Assembly: GCA_007376195.1 (NCBI GenBank) | Contig: VMFT01000002.1 | Coordinates: 1,273 to 65,272 of the forward strand | Length of the DNA: 64,000 bases | Direction of reading: 5' to 3' | Source of the DNA: Parcubacteria group bacterium Gr01-1014_29 | GTDB lineage: Bacteria > Patescibacteriota > Minisyncoccia > Ryanbacterales > 2-02-FULL-48-12 | Part shown: positions 57,205 to 64,000 of the stretch, piece after piece | Layout of the letters: every line of letters starts with the position of its first letter | Position numbering within the stretch: the first letter of the stretch is position 1 | The notes under the pieces: model-generated | What the model saw: only the letters and a program-made list of their open reading frames with translations | What the model was told of the DNA's origin: nothing | Databases searched by the model: none | Translations under genes and position numbers: made by a program

Positions 57205-57948
57205 ATGGAACGCGAACGTCCCTATCTCTCAATAATTGTTCCCACGTATAACGAGGAAAAACGCATTGAAAAAACGTTGCGGCGGCTTGATGAATATTTG
57301 CGGCAGCAATCGTATACATACGAAATTCTTGTGGTGGTTGACAATGCAACTGATAAAACTGCTGACATTGTACGCGGACTTGAGGTATCTATCCCACACA
57401 TGCGACTCTTGTGGAGGGATGTCAACTTCGGCAAGGGCGGTTCCGTGGTGCGCGGCATGGCGGAGGCAAAAGGCGAGATTCGGTTGTTTACCGATGCTGA
57501 CAATTCAACAGATATAACACACTTCGAAAAAATGAAACCGCTTTTTGATGAAGGATATGATATTGTTATTACGTCACGCAATCATTTAGACGCAGCGGGT
57601 GCAACCCAAGCCATATCTCAATCGTGGTTCAAACGCATCATGGGCATGGCAGGGAATATCTTTATTCAAGTTGTTGCCGTTCGGGGCATTTGGGACACAC
57701 AAAACGGTTTTAAAGCATTTCGTTTTTCCGTGGCACAGCGCATTTTTCCCCAGCTTGCGATTCATGGCTGGGGGTTTGACATTGAGATATTAGCGCTTGC
57801 GCGGGCAATGAACTCGCGTATCGGGATTATACCTGCGCATTGGATGAACGACGAAGAAAGCCATGTGCGCTTGATAAATTACTTTCAAGTTTTGTGGGAG
57901 ACGGTTCTTGTACGGTGGAATCTGATTACCGGGAAATATAAGATTTAA
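57205..57948 (+). CDS. family 2 glycosyltransferase (dolichyl-phosphate mannosyltransferase-like)
   Basis: LSIIVPTYNEE, VVVDNATD, DAD. Confidence 0.7.
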   Translation: MERERPYLSIIVPTYNEEKRIEKTLRRLDEYLRQQSYTYEILVVVDNATDKTADIVRGLEVSIPHMRLLWRDVNFGKGGSVVRGMAEAKGEIRLFTDADNSTDITHFEKMKPLFDEGYDIVITSRNHLDAAGATQAISQSWFKRIMGMAGNIFIQVVAVRGIWDTQNGFKAFRFSVAQRIFPQLAIHGWGFDIEILALARAMNSRIGIIPAHWMNDEESHVRLINYFQVLWETVLVRWNLITGKYKI

Positions 57949-57955
57949 TTTTCTG

Positions 57956-58996
57956 ATGTTTTCCAGAAAAAAAACAGAAAAACACAGCGAGTTGGTTTCC
58001 GAACTCCGAAAAGACGCCGTATCTGGTGAATGGATACTAGTTGCCGCGGGCCGCTCAAAGCGTCCGGGCGAGTTTAATCGGCATAAACACAAGAAGCCGC
58101 AGCCGCAGAGCTCGTGTCCGTTTGAAGATACGCGTATTAATGGGGAAGATCCCTTACTATGGTATCCACATCCGGAGAGCGGCGTGAAAGATTCTCTAGA
58201 TGAATGGTTTGTGCAGGTGATAGCCAATAAATACCCTGCGCTCATGCCGCACGCGGATCGTACATGTGCTATGATAAGCGATACCGGACCGTATAAACGG
58301 ATGGACGGTGTTGGGTACCACGAGATTATTGTAACGCGCCCGCATGAACGAAGTCTTGGCGCTATGACAATAGACGAGGCGGGTCTTGTGATACGCGCGT
58401 ATCGCGAACGGTTTGCCGCGCTTAAAAAAGATCCTTGTGTGGCGTATATTTTAGTATTTCACAACGATGGTGAGGAAGCGGGCGCGTCAATTAGTCATCC
58501 TCATTCACAACTCATTGCGTTTCCCATTATTCCGCCCGACGTACAGCAAAGCATTCGCGGATCTACGGAGTTTTACAACGTGCACGACGCATGCATTCAC
58601 TGCCGTATGATTGCATGGGAGCTGGAAGACGGAGAACGCATAGTGTTTGAAAACGAGAAATTTATTGTAATAGCGCCGTATGCGTCGCGCGTATCGTTTG
58701 AATTGCGCATCTATCCACGTGAGCATGCTCCGCATTTTGACCTTATGCCCGAACCCCAGCTTGATCTTTTTGCCCAAGCGCTTACGGTTACTCTCAAAAA
58801 GTTGCAGGATGCTCTGGGAGACCCCGCGTATAACTTTTTTATCCATACAGCTCCCACAAACCAGCACGACGGCGAGTTTTATCATTGGCATTTGGAAATA
58901 CTTCCTAAGACGGCAGTGCCGGCCGGTCTGGAACTTGGCACGGGGGTTGATGTTGTGACGGTGGCACCGGAGGATGTGCCGGGGTTACTGACATGA
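57956..58996 (+). CDS. galactose-1-phosphate uridylyltransferase-like HIT-family nucleotidyltransferase
   Basis: CPFE Zn-site region and HPHSQ active-site motif (cf. GalT HPHGQ). Confidence 0.55.
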   Translation: MFSRKKTEKHSELVSELRKDAVSGEWILVAAGRSKRPGEFNRHKHKKPQPQSSCPFEDTRINGEDPLLWYPHPESGVKDSLDEWFVQVIANKYPALMPHADRTCAMISDTGPYKRMDGVGYHEIIVTRPHERSLGAMTIDEAGLVIRAYRERFAALKKDPCVAYILVFHNDGEEAGASISHPHSQLIAFPIIPPDVQQSIRGSTEFYNVHDACIHCRMIAWELEDGERIVFENEKFIVIAPYASRVSFELRIYPREHAPHFDLMPEPQLDLFAQALTVTLKKLQDALGDPAYNFFIHTAPTNQHDGEFYHWHLEILPKTAVPAGLELGTGVDVVTVAPEDVPGLLT

Positions 58997-59009
58997 AAAT
59001 TCTTACGTT

Positions 59010-59609
59010 ATGAAATATAAACTGCCTCTCGTACATAGTTTGTATCATTGGACCTTGAAATGGGCAGCGCATCCGCACGCGGCGTGGATGCTTTTTTTGG
59101 TTGCATTTATTGAGAGTTCAGTATTTTTAATTCCGCCGGACGTATTGCTCATTCCCATGACACTTGCGGAGCCTCGAAAATGGTTCCGGTTTGCGCTCAT
59201 CACAACCAGCGCCTCTGTGCTGGGGGGTATAGCAGGCTATTATATCGGGTATGGTTTGTGGGAGACAGTAGGAAAACCCGTAATCGAGTTTTATAAATTT
59301 GAAGAAGCTATGATTGCTGTTGGGGCGCAGTATAGGGCAAATGCGTTTTGGGCAATTTTTACCGCAGCGCTCACCCCTATTCCGTATAAGGTATTTACTA
59401 TTTCAGCGGGTCTTTTTCATATACCATTAACAACACTGGTGGTCGCTTCCATTGTGGGGCGCGGTTTGCGTTTTTTCGCAGTGGGGTGGCTTATCAGAAC
59501 ATACGGTGATCCTATAAAAGTATTTATTGAAAAGTATTTTGATATACTTACCGTTGCTCTGGTTGTTTTATTGGTAGGCGGTTTTCTTGTCATACGATTT
59601 CTTATATAA
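59010..59609 (+). CDS. YqaA/DedA-family membrane protein
   Basis: Hydrophobic profile and the IESSVFLIPPDVLLIP motif. Confidence 0.5.
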   Translation: MKYKLPLVHSLYHWTLKWAAHPHAAWMLFLVAFIESSVFLIPPDVLLIPMTLAEPRKWFRFALITTSASVLGGIAGYYIGYGLWETVGKPVIEFYKFEEAMIAVGAQYRANAFWAIFTAALTPIPYKVFTISAGLFHIPLTTLVVASIVGRGLRFFAVGWLIRTYGDPIKVFIEKYFDILTVALVVLLVGGFLVIRFLI

Positions 59610-59613
59610 AGAA

Positions 59614-60399
59614 ATGAAAAAACTTATTGTCGCAAACTGGAAGTGTAATCCCGCAACTTTGCGCCAAGCGCAGGAGTTGTTTCGCGCGACAATTAAGGCG
59701 GTCCCAAAAAGCAAAAATGTTAAGGTTGTTGTCTGTCCTCCTTCTGTGTATCTTTCAGGCTTCAGGTTTTCCGCCAAAGGCGGATCCGCCTTTGGCGGAC
59801 AAGTTTCAGGTCTTAAGCTCGGCGCCCAAGACGTGTTTTGGGAAGATACAGGAGCATATACGGGTGCGGTGGGTCCGCGGATGTTGAAGAGCGTCGGCGT
59901 GACATATGTCGTCATGGGGCATTCGGAGCGGAGAGAACAATTTGGCGATACGAACGAGTCGGTAAGAAAGAAAGTGGCGGCGGCTCTGAAAGGGGGCCTC
60001 TGCGTTATTGTATGCGTGGGCGAGAAAACGCGAGAAGCCGATGCGTCAGAATACGCGTTATATGTGAAGAAAGAGGTTGAAGAAGCTCTTCGCGGCATTT
60101 CAAAGGCGGCGCTGAAAAATGTGGTGGTGGCATACGAGCCGTTATGGGCTATTGGATCGGATGAGGCGGATACGCCGGAAAGCACGCTTGAGATGGCATT
60201 GTATATCCGCAAAATAATTGCTGGTATGTTTGGTAATGTAGTCGCGCAGAGTTTTCCCGTGCTCTATGGCGGATCGGTAAACATAGGAAACGCGCGCGCT
60301 TTTTTGCGAGATGGCGGCGTTGATGGTTTATTGGTAGGGAGGGCAAGTTTGGACTCAAAGGCGTTTGGGAAGATAGTTGAGGAAGCAAATGGTTTATAA
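59614..60399 (+). CDS. tpiA: triosephosphate isomerase
   Basis: VANWKCN, GHSERR, AYEPLWAIGS, GGS. Start taken at MKKLIVANWK. Confidence 0.85.
   Translation: MKKLIVANWKCNPATLRQAQELFRATIKAVPKSKNVKVVVCPPSVYLSGFRFSAKGGSAFGGQVSGLKLGAQDVFWEDTGAYTGAVGPRMLKSVGVTYVVMGHSERREQFGDTNESVRKKVAAALKGGLCVIVCVGEKTREADASEYALYVKKEVEEALRGISKAALKNVVVAYEPLWAIGSDEADTPESTLEMALYIRKIIAGMFGNVVAQSFPVLYGGSVNIGNARAFLRDGGVDGLLVGRASLDSKAFGKIVEEANGL
59771..59798. repeat. 28-nt perfect palindrome ccgccaaaggcggatccgcctttggcgg inside the tpiA reading frame, flanked by ttcagg direct repeats
   Basis: Read directly; it encodes an extra SAKGGSAFGG loop relative to canonical TIM. Confidence 0.5.
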
Positions 60400-60471
60400 A
60401 AATATAAAATGTAAATATCAAAATGTAAAATGATTCCGGTGCAACCGGAATAAAGTTCTAAAATCATCATT

Positions 60472-61602
60472 GTGCTCTCTCAAAAACTTCCCGTTTTTAA
60501 TAAATCAGTTACGGTATCCAACAAGCGTGTCATCGTGCGTGTTGATTTTAACGTGCCTCTTGAACATGGTGGTATTGCGGATGACTACCGCATCATAAAA
60601 ACACTTCCGCTGTTAGAGCAGCTCCGTAGCGGAGGCGCGCGCCTTGTGTTGTTGAGCCATCTTACGGAAAAAAAGGAACACCGGAGTTTTGCTGCTTTGG
60701 TGGATGAGCTCAACCGCATTGTGGGGTTAGGCATGGTGTTTGCAAAAAGTGTTGAGGAGGCTCGTCAGAACGGCGCAGATGTTGTGCTTCTTGAAAATCT
60801 CCGCGTGTTTCCGGGCGAAGAACGAAACGATGTTGTGTTTGCCGAAGAGCTTTCTACGCTCGGGGATATATTTATCAATGAAGGTTTTTCGCAATCGCAC
60901 CGGCCGTATGCAAGCATCATGCATCTTCCAAAACTTCTTCCGTCTTATGCCGGCCCCCTATTTTATGAAGAAGTGATGAAACTGGAAGAAGCGCTAAATC
61001 CCGAGCGGCCGTTTATGCTGGTGCTGGGCGGCGTAAAATTTGCGACGAAAGTCGGTGTGTTGGAGCACTTTATGAAAACTGCCGACAAGATTTTTGTGGG
61101 CGGCGCGCTTGCAAATACGTTTCTTGCCGCAAAGGGGCATCGGGTTGGCGCGTCCCCAGTAGAAAAGGACGCTTTTGAATACGTTCGCGAAATGTTTTTA
61201 AATTCTCCCAATCTTATGCTTCCTTCGGATGTGCGCGTGGGAGAGAATAAGACGTTAGGCATAGGGAATATAGGAGAACGGGATGTCGTATATGACATAG
61301 GTCCCGCATCGTCTGACGCTCTTGGGCGCGTTTTGGGAGATATGAAGATGATACTCTGGAACGGCCCGCTGGGGTGCGTGGAAGAGGGGTATGGCCAGGG
61401 AACGGCTAATCTCCTTTCTGTTCTTGCCGCAACCAAAGCAAAAGTAATAATTGGCGGTGGAGATACTCTGGCGGTTGTACGCAACCAAGGGTTGGAGAAC
61501 AGGTTTTACCATCTCTCCACAGGTGGCGGCGCTATGTTAGAATTTTTGGCGAAAGGCACGTTGCCTGGCATTGAAGCGATACTTGACAACACAAAAGACT
61601 AA
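60472..61602 (+). CDS. pgk: phosphoglycerate kinase
   Basis: RVDFNVP and the hinge/nucleotide motifs. Confidence 0.85.
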   Translation: MLSQKLPVFNKSVTVSNKRVIVRVDFNVPLEHGGIADDYRIIKTLPLLEQLRSGGARLVLLSHLTEKKEHRSFAALVDELNRIVGLGMVFAKSVEEARQNGADVVLLENLRVFPGEERNDVVFAEELSTLGDIFINEGFSQSHRPYASIMHLPKLLPSYAGPLFYEEVMKLEEALNPERPFMLVLGGVKFATKVGVLEHFMKTADKIFVGGALANTFLAAKGHRVGASPVEKDAFEYVREMFLNSPNLMLPSDVRVGENKTLGIGNIGERDVVYDIGPASSDALGRVLGDMKMILWNGPLGCVEEGYGQGTANLLSVLAATKAKVIIGGGDTLAVVRNQGLENRFYHLSTGGGAMLEFLAKGTLPGIEAILDNTKD

Positions 61603-61747
61603 AAAGTTTGTTGCGGTAGTATTCAAAGCTAGAATTCTGGCTTTTTTCTTTTTTCAAAAAAGAATGATATACTATACCTCATGCTGAATTTTTATATGTT
61701 GTTTTTCTTTTCCAGTCTCCAGTCTCTAATTTCCAGCCTCTAGTGTT

Positions 61748-62533
61748 ATGTGGTACAAAGACGCATCAGAATTTATGGCAGAAATGGGACACAACCGCGA
61801 CGGCACATGGTACCCGCGCGTGACAAAAATACTCGATGTAAAATCAAAACCGGCGCTTGAGATATTTATGCGCGAAGTCGGCAGTTATGAAGCGGCTGAA
61901 GACATCAAAAACAAATCGGCCGAGGAAGGGAGTTTGGTGCATGAAGTGGTGCAGAAGGTCGCCACCGGGAAGCCTGTGAATGTTCCCGCTTCCATTGCGC
62001 CTGCCGTAGCGGCGTTTCAGGATTTCGCATCAAAACGTGGCATTCAGATGCATCCTGATTTTATTGAATGGCCTGTCATTTCTTCGAAGAATAGGTACAC
62101 GGGTACGGTGGACGCGCTTGCCGAGATCGACAGTAAGTTCGGCGTGCTTGATATCAAAACATCCACCGGGTTTTATCGGGAATACAATCTGCAGACCGCG
62201 GCATATGTGTCGGCAATTCAGGAGCCGGATTCCATGCGTATTCTTGCTTTGCCGCGCCCCATAGAGACGCGCTGGATTTTGCGTGTAAACCAACACCGCA
62301 TCTGCACGAAATGCAAAGCTACGCTGCGCGAGAAAGGCGGGCGTAACAAAATTAGAAATGCTAACATTGCTTCGTCGTGCCCGGAAGACGCGCACGAGTG
62401 GGGAGAGGTAGAAGGAGATGTGGAGCTCAAAGAATTTCCATATTATTATGCTGATGTAAAAGCGTTTCTTGCCGCAAAAACGCTTTGGGAGTGGGAACAT
62501 AGTTACTGGTTGCGGCAGGTGGGATATCTTTAA
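61748..62533 (+). CDS. hypothetical PD-(D/E)XK-like nuclease-fold protein with inserted Cys4 zinc ribbon
   Basis: GTVDAL ... LDIKTS (D...D/E-x-K) and CTKCKATL...SSCPED. Confidence 0.35.
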   Translation: MWYKDASEFMAEMGHNRDGTWYPRVTKILDVKSKPALEIFMREVGSYEAAEDIKNKSAEEGSLVHEVVQKVATGKPVNVPASIAPAVAAFQDFASKRGIQMHPDFIEWPVISSKNRYTGTVDALAEIDSKFGVLDIKTSTGFYREYNLQTAAYVSAIQEPDSMRILALPRPIETRWILRVNQHRICTKCKATLREKGGRNKIRNANIASSCPEDAHEWGEVEGDVELKEFPYYYADVKAFLAAKTLWEWEHSYWLRQVGYL

Positions 62534-62576
62534 AAATAATGTTATAATTATGATTATAATGCAGGACGTTCCATTT

Positions 62577-62608
62577 CCATCCATCCATCCATCCATCCAT
62601 CCATCCAT
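62577..62608. repeat. (CCAT)8 tetranucleotide microsatellite (plus one more CCAT 2 nt upstream)
   Basis: Read directly between the convergent 3' ends. Confidence 0.7.
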
Positions 62609-62668
62609 CATTCTAATGTAGAAGAAGCATTTTTGTGTGTACCGCACTGCTTTTCGCAGTGTTTTTTG

Positions 62669-63718
62669 TTATTCATGGAGCCAGAACCAGTATTGATTTT
62701 TTAGATCGTTGGTAAAGGCGTATGTATTGGCGTGAGAAAGTACCCCGAGATAAGATTGGAGAGATTGTTCGACGGCTTCGTAAGATATAATCCCTTGTTT
62801 ATGTTCACGAATGCGCCAAAAAAGTTTTTTGAGTATGCGCTTCTTGGTTTTTGTACGAAGTTGCTGATAATGCGGCAAAACAATATAGCCCAAAAAATCT
62901 ATGCCCTGATGAAATTTCCGAATCGTGACTTTGTTGGGATGCAGATTGAGAGTAAGGTTCTCTTTCAAAAACTTGCTGATTAATGGAATCAGGCCCTCAA
63001 GATAATTTCTATTATCAGAAACAACCACAAAATCATCCGTATAGCGAAGGTAGTTTTTTACTTTAAGCTCATGCTTCATAAATTGATCAAACTCATTCAT
63101 ATATACGTTCGCAAAGAGTTGCGATGTCAGATTTCCAATGGGTACACCTTTGCGTTCAAAAAAGTTGGAATATTTGGTAGTGAAGCTCTCTACAATCTCG
63201 GAGAGCAACCACACCGTGTCAGTATCTTTGATTCTTTTGCCAAGAATACGAAGCAGTACGCCATGGTCGATCGTATCAAAAAACTTTCTCACGTCGCATT
63301 TCAAGGCAAAAGATTTTTTGTGTCCATTGCCGCTAATCTTGCGAATGATGTTCGCAAGGGCCTTTATTCCTTTGTGGGTTCCTTTTCCAATGCGACAGGA
63401 AAAGGATTTTGCAATGAACGTGGGTTCAAAGATTGGATTGAGCATGGTAAAAATGGCGTGATGCAAGATCCGATCTCGCACCGTCGCCTTATGGATATGG
63501 CGAGGTTTTGGGTCCTTTATCCAAAAGCCGCTATAAGCGCCATGTTTGTATTGTTTTGTACGCAAGTCGCGATGCAGTGCAAAGATATTTTCCTCCAGTC
63601 GCCATTCAAATTCCTGCACGTCAATCCTATTCCGCTTATCGCTCTTAAAAGCGTCCCAGGCGGAAAAAAGATTTTCCAATGAGATTATTCGTTCGTAAAT
63701 ATTCTTATAAACTTTCAT
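62669..63718 (-). CDS. reverse transcriptase of diversity-generating retroelement (DGR) type
   Basis: RT motifs FALKCDVRKFFDTIDH (motif A), GVPIGNLTSQLFANVYMNEFD (with the DGR-diagnostic IGxxxSQ) and YLRYTDDFVV (YxDD); no endonuclease domain; AT-rich. Start taken at the Met of MKVYKNIYERI; the ORF track extends to 63775. Confidence 0.6.
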   Translation of the reverse strand: MKVYKNIYERIISLENLFSAWDAFKSDKRNRIDVQEFEWRLEENIFALHRDLRTKQYKHGAYSGFWIKDPKPRHIHKATVRDRILHHAIFTMLNPIFEPTFIAKSFSCRIGKGTHKGIKALANIIRKISGNGHKKSFALKCDVRKFFDTIDHGVLLRILGKRIKDTDTVWLLSEIVESFTTKYSNFFERKGVPIGNLTSQLFANVYMNEFDQFMKHELKVKNYLRYTDDFVVVSDNRNYLEGLIPLISKFLKENLTLNLHPNKVTIRKFHQGIDFLGYIVLPHYQQLRTKTKKRILKKLFWRIREHKQGIISYEAVEQSLQSYLGVLSHANTYAFTNDLKNQYWFWLHE

Positions 63719-63726
63719 AATTATTA

Positions 63727-64000
63727 TGCAAGACCTTGATATACCAATCTTCAAAAAGACGTACGATTTGTACAACGAATTCTACGGTCTTCGCAATGGC
63801 GTTCCCAAGCAAGATAGATTTACCATTTGGCAGCGTTGCGAAAATCTTATTCTTGAGATTCTGGAGTATATCCTCGACGCAAGCCGACTCTCTAAAATAG
63901 AGAAGCTACCCATACTCCAAAAAGCGAGCACAAAACTTAACCTGCTCCGCGTATTCCTTCGGCTCTGCAAGGACACGAAGGTATTGGATAGCAAAAAGTA
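63727..64000 (+). CDS. partial (runs off the window): Avd-like four-helix-bundle protein (23S rRNA IVS protein family), divergent from the RT
   Basis: Plus-strand frame from the ATG at 63727 is open to the window end: MQDLDIPIFKKTYDLYNEFYGLRNGVPKQDRFTIWQRCENLILEILEYILDA... The helical periodicity resembles Avd. Confidence 0.35.

Noticed and set aside
62030-62647. 205-aa minus-strand ORF containing MDGWMDGWMDGNG.
   Set aside because: The repeat peptide is simply the translation of the (CCAT)n microsatellite; the ORF is antisense to 61748-62533 and spans the intergenic region.

Overview
This 64-kb window looks like a reduced, CPR/Patescibacteria-like bacterial genome segment with about 48–52 % GC. 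There are no rRNA genes and no CRISPR arrays.

The right half (37.5–61.6 kb) is a syntenic core:
- the str operon (rpsL, rpsG, fusA, tuf);
- the S10/spc ribosomal cluster, with no L30 gene, a Zn-type S14 and an L24 with a C-terminal Zn ribbon;
- then secY, adk, map, ruvX, a GT2 glycosyltransferase, a GalT-like HIT enzyme, tpiA and pgk.

The left half (0–37 kb) is accessory-rich:
- an AbiEi/AbiEii pair;
- three RelE/ParE-type modules, a HicB/HicA pair and a PIN/VapC-like gene;
- class I RNR nrdAB, a PilB/GspE ATPase and guaB;
- three tRNAs (Arg-CCT, Lys-CTT, Pro-GGG).

The most unusual locus is a tightly coupled five-gene operon at 4.07–9.16 kb. It encodes a PP2C phosphatase, an atypical Ser/Thr kinase with a zinc ribbon, a PncA/isochorismatase-like hydrolase, a vWA (TerY-like) protein and a small protein. 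I read this as a TerY-P-like phospho-signalling triad expanded with a nicotinamidase-like enzyme; this exact composition is not, to my knowledge, a described system.

Other notable points:
- a DGR-type reverse transcriptase with a divergent Avd-like four-helix-bundle gene at the right edge;
- a GxxExxY PD-(D/E)XK gene carried by an element with perfect 30-bp terminal inverted repeats, inserted exactly between rpsG and fusA, with two cargo-less relatives elsewhere;
- an HTH-Fic gene plus a Phd-like gene inserted between fusA and tuf;
- two RelE cassettes each bracketed by a 35–50 bp duplication of the neighbouring host-gene end;
- an AT-rich HTH/LAGLIDADG-like ORF abutting tRNA-Arg, with tRNA-like fragments nearby;
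- an in-frame 28-nt perfect palindrome inside tpiA;
- a pervasive family of intergenic palindromic elements built from tandem 6–8-mer arrays.
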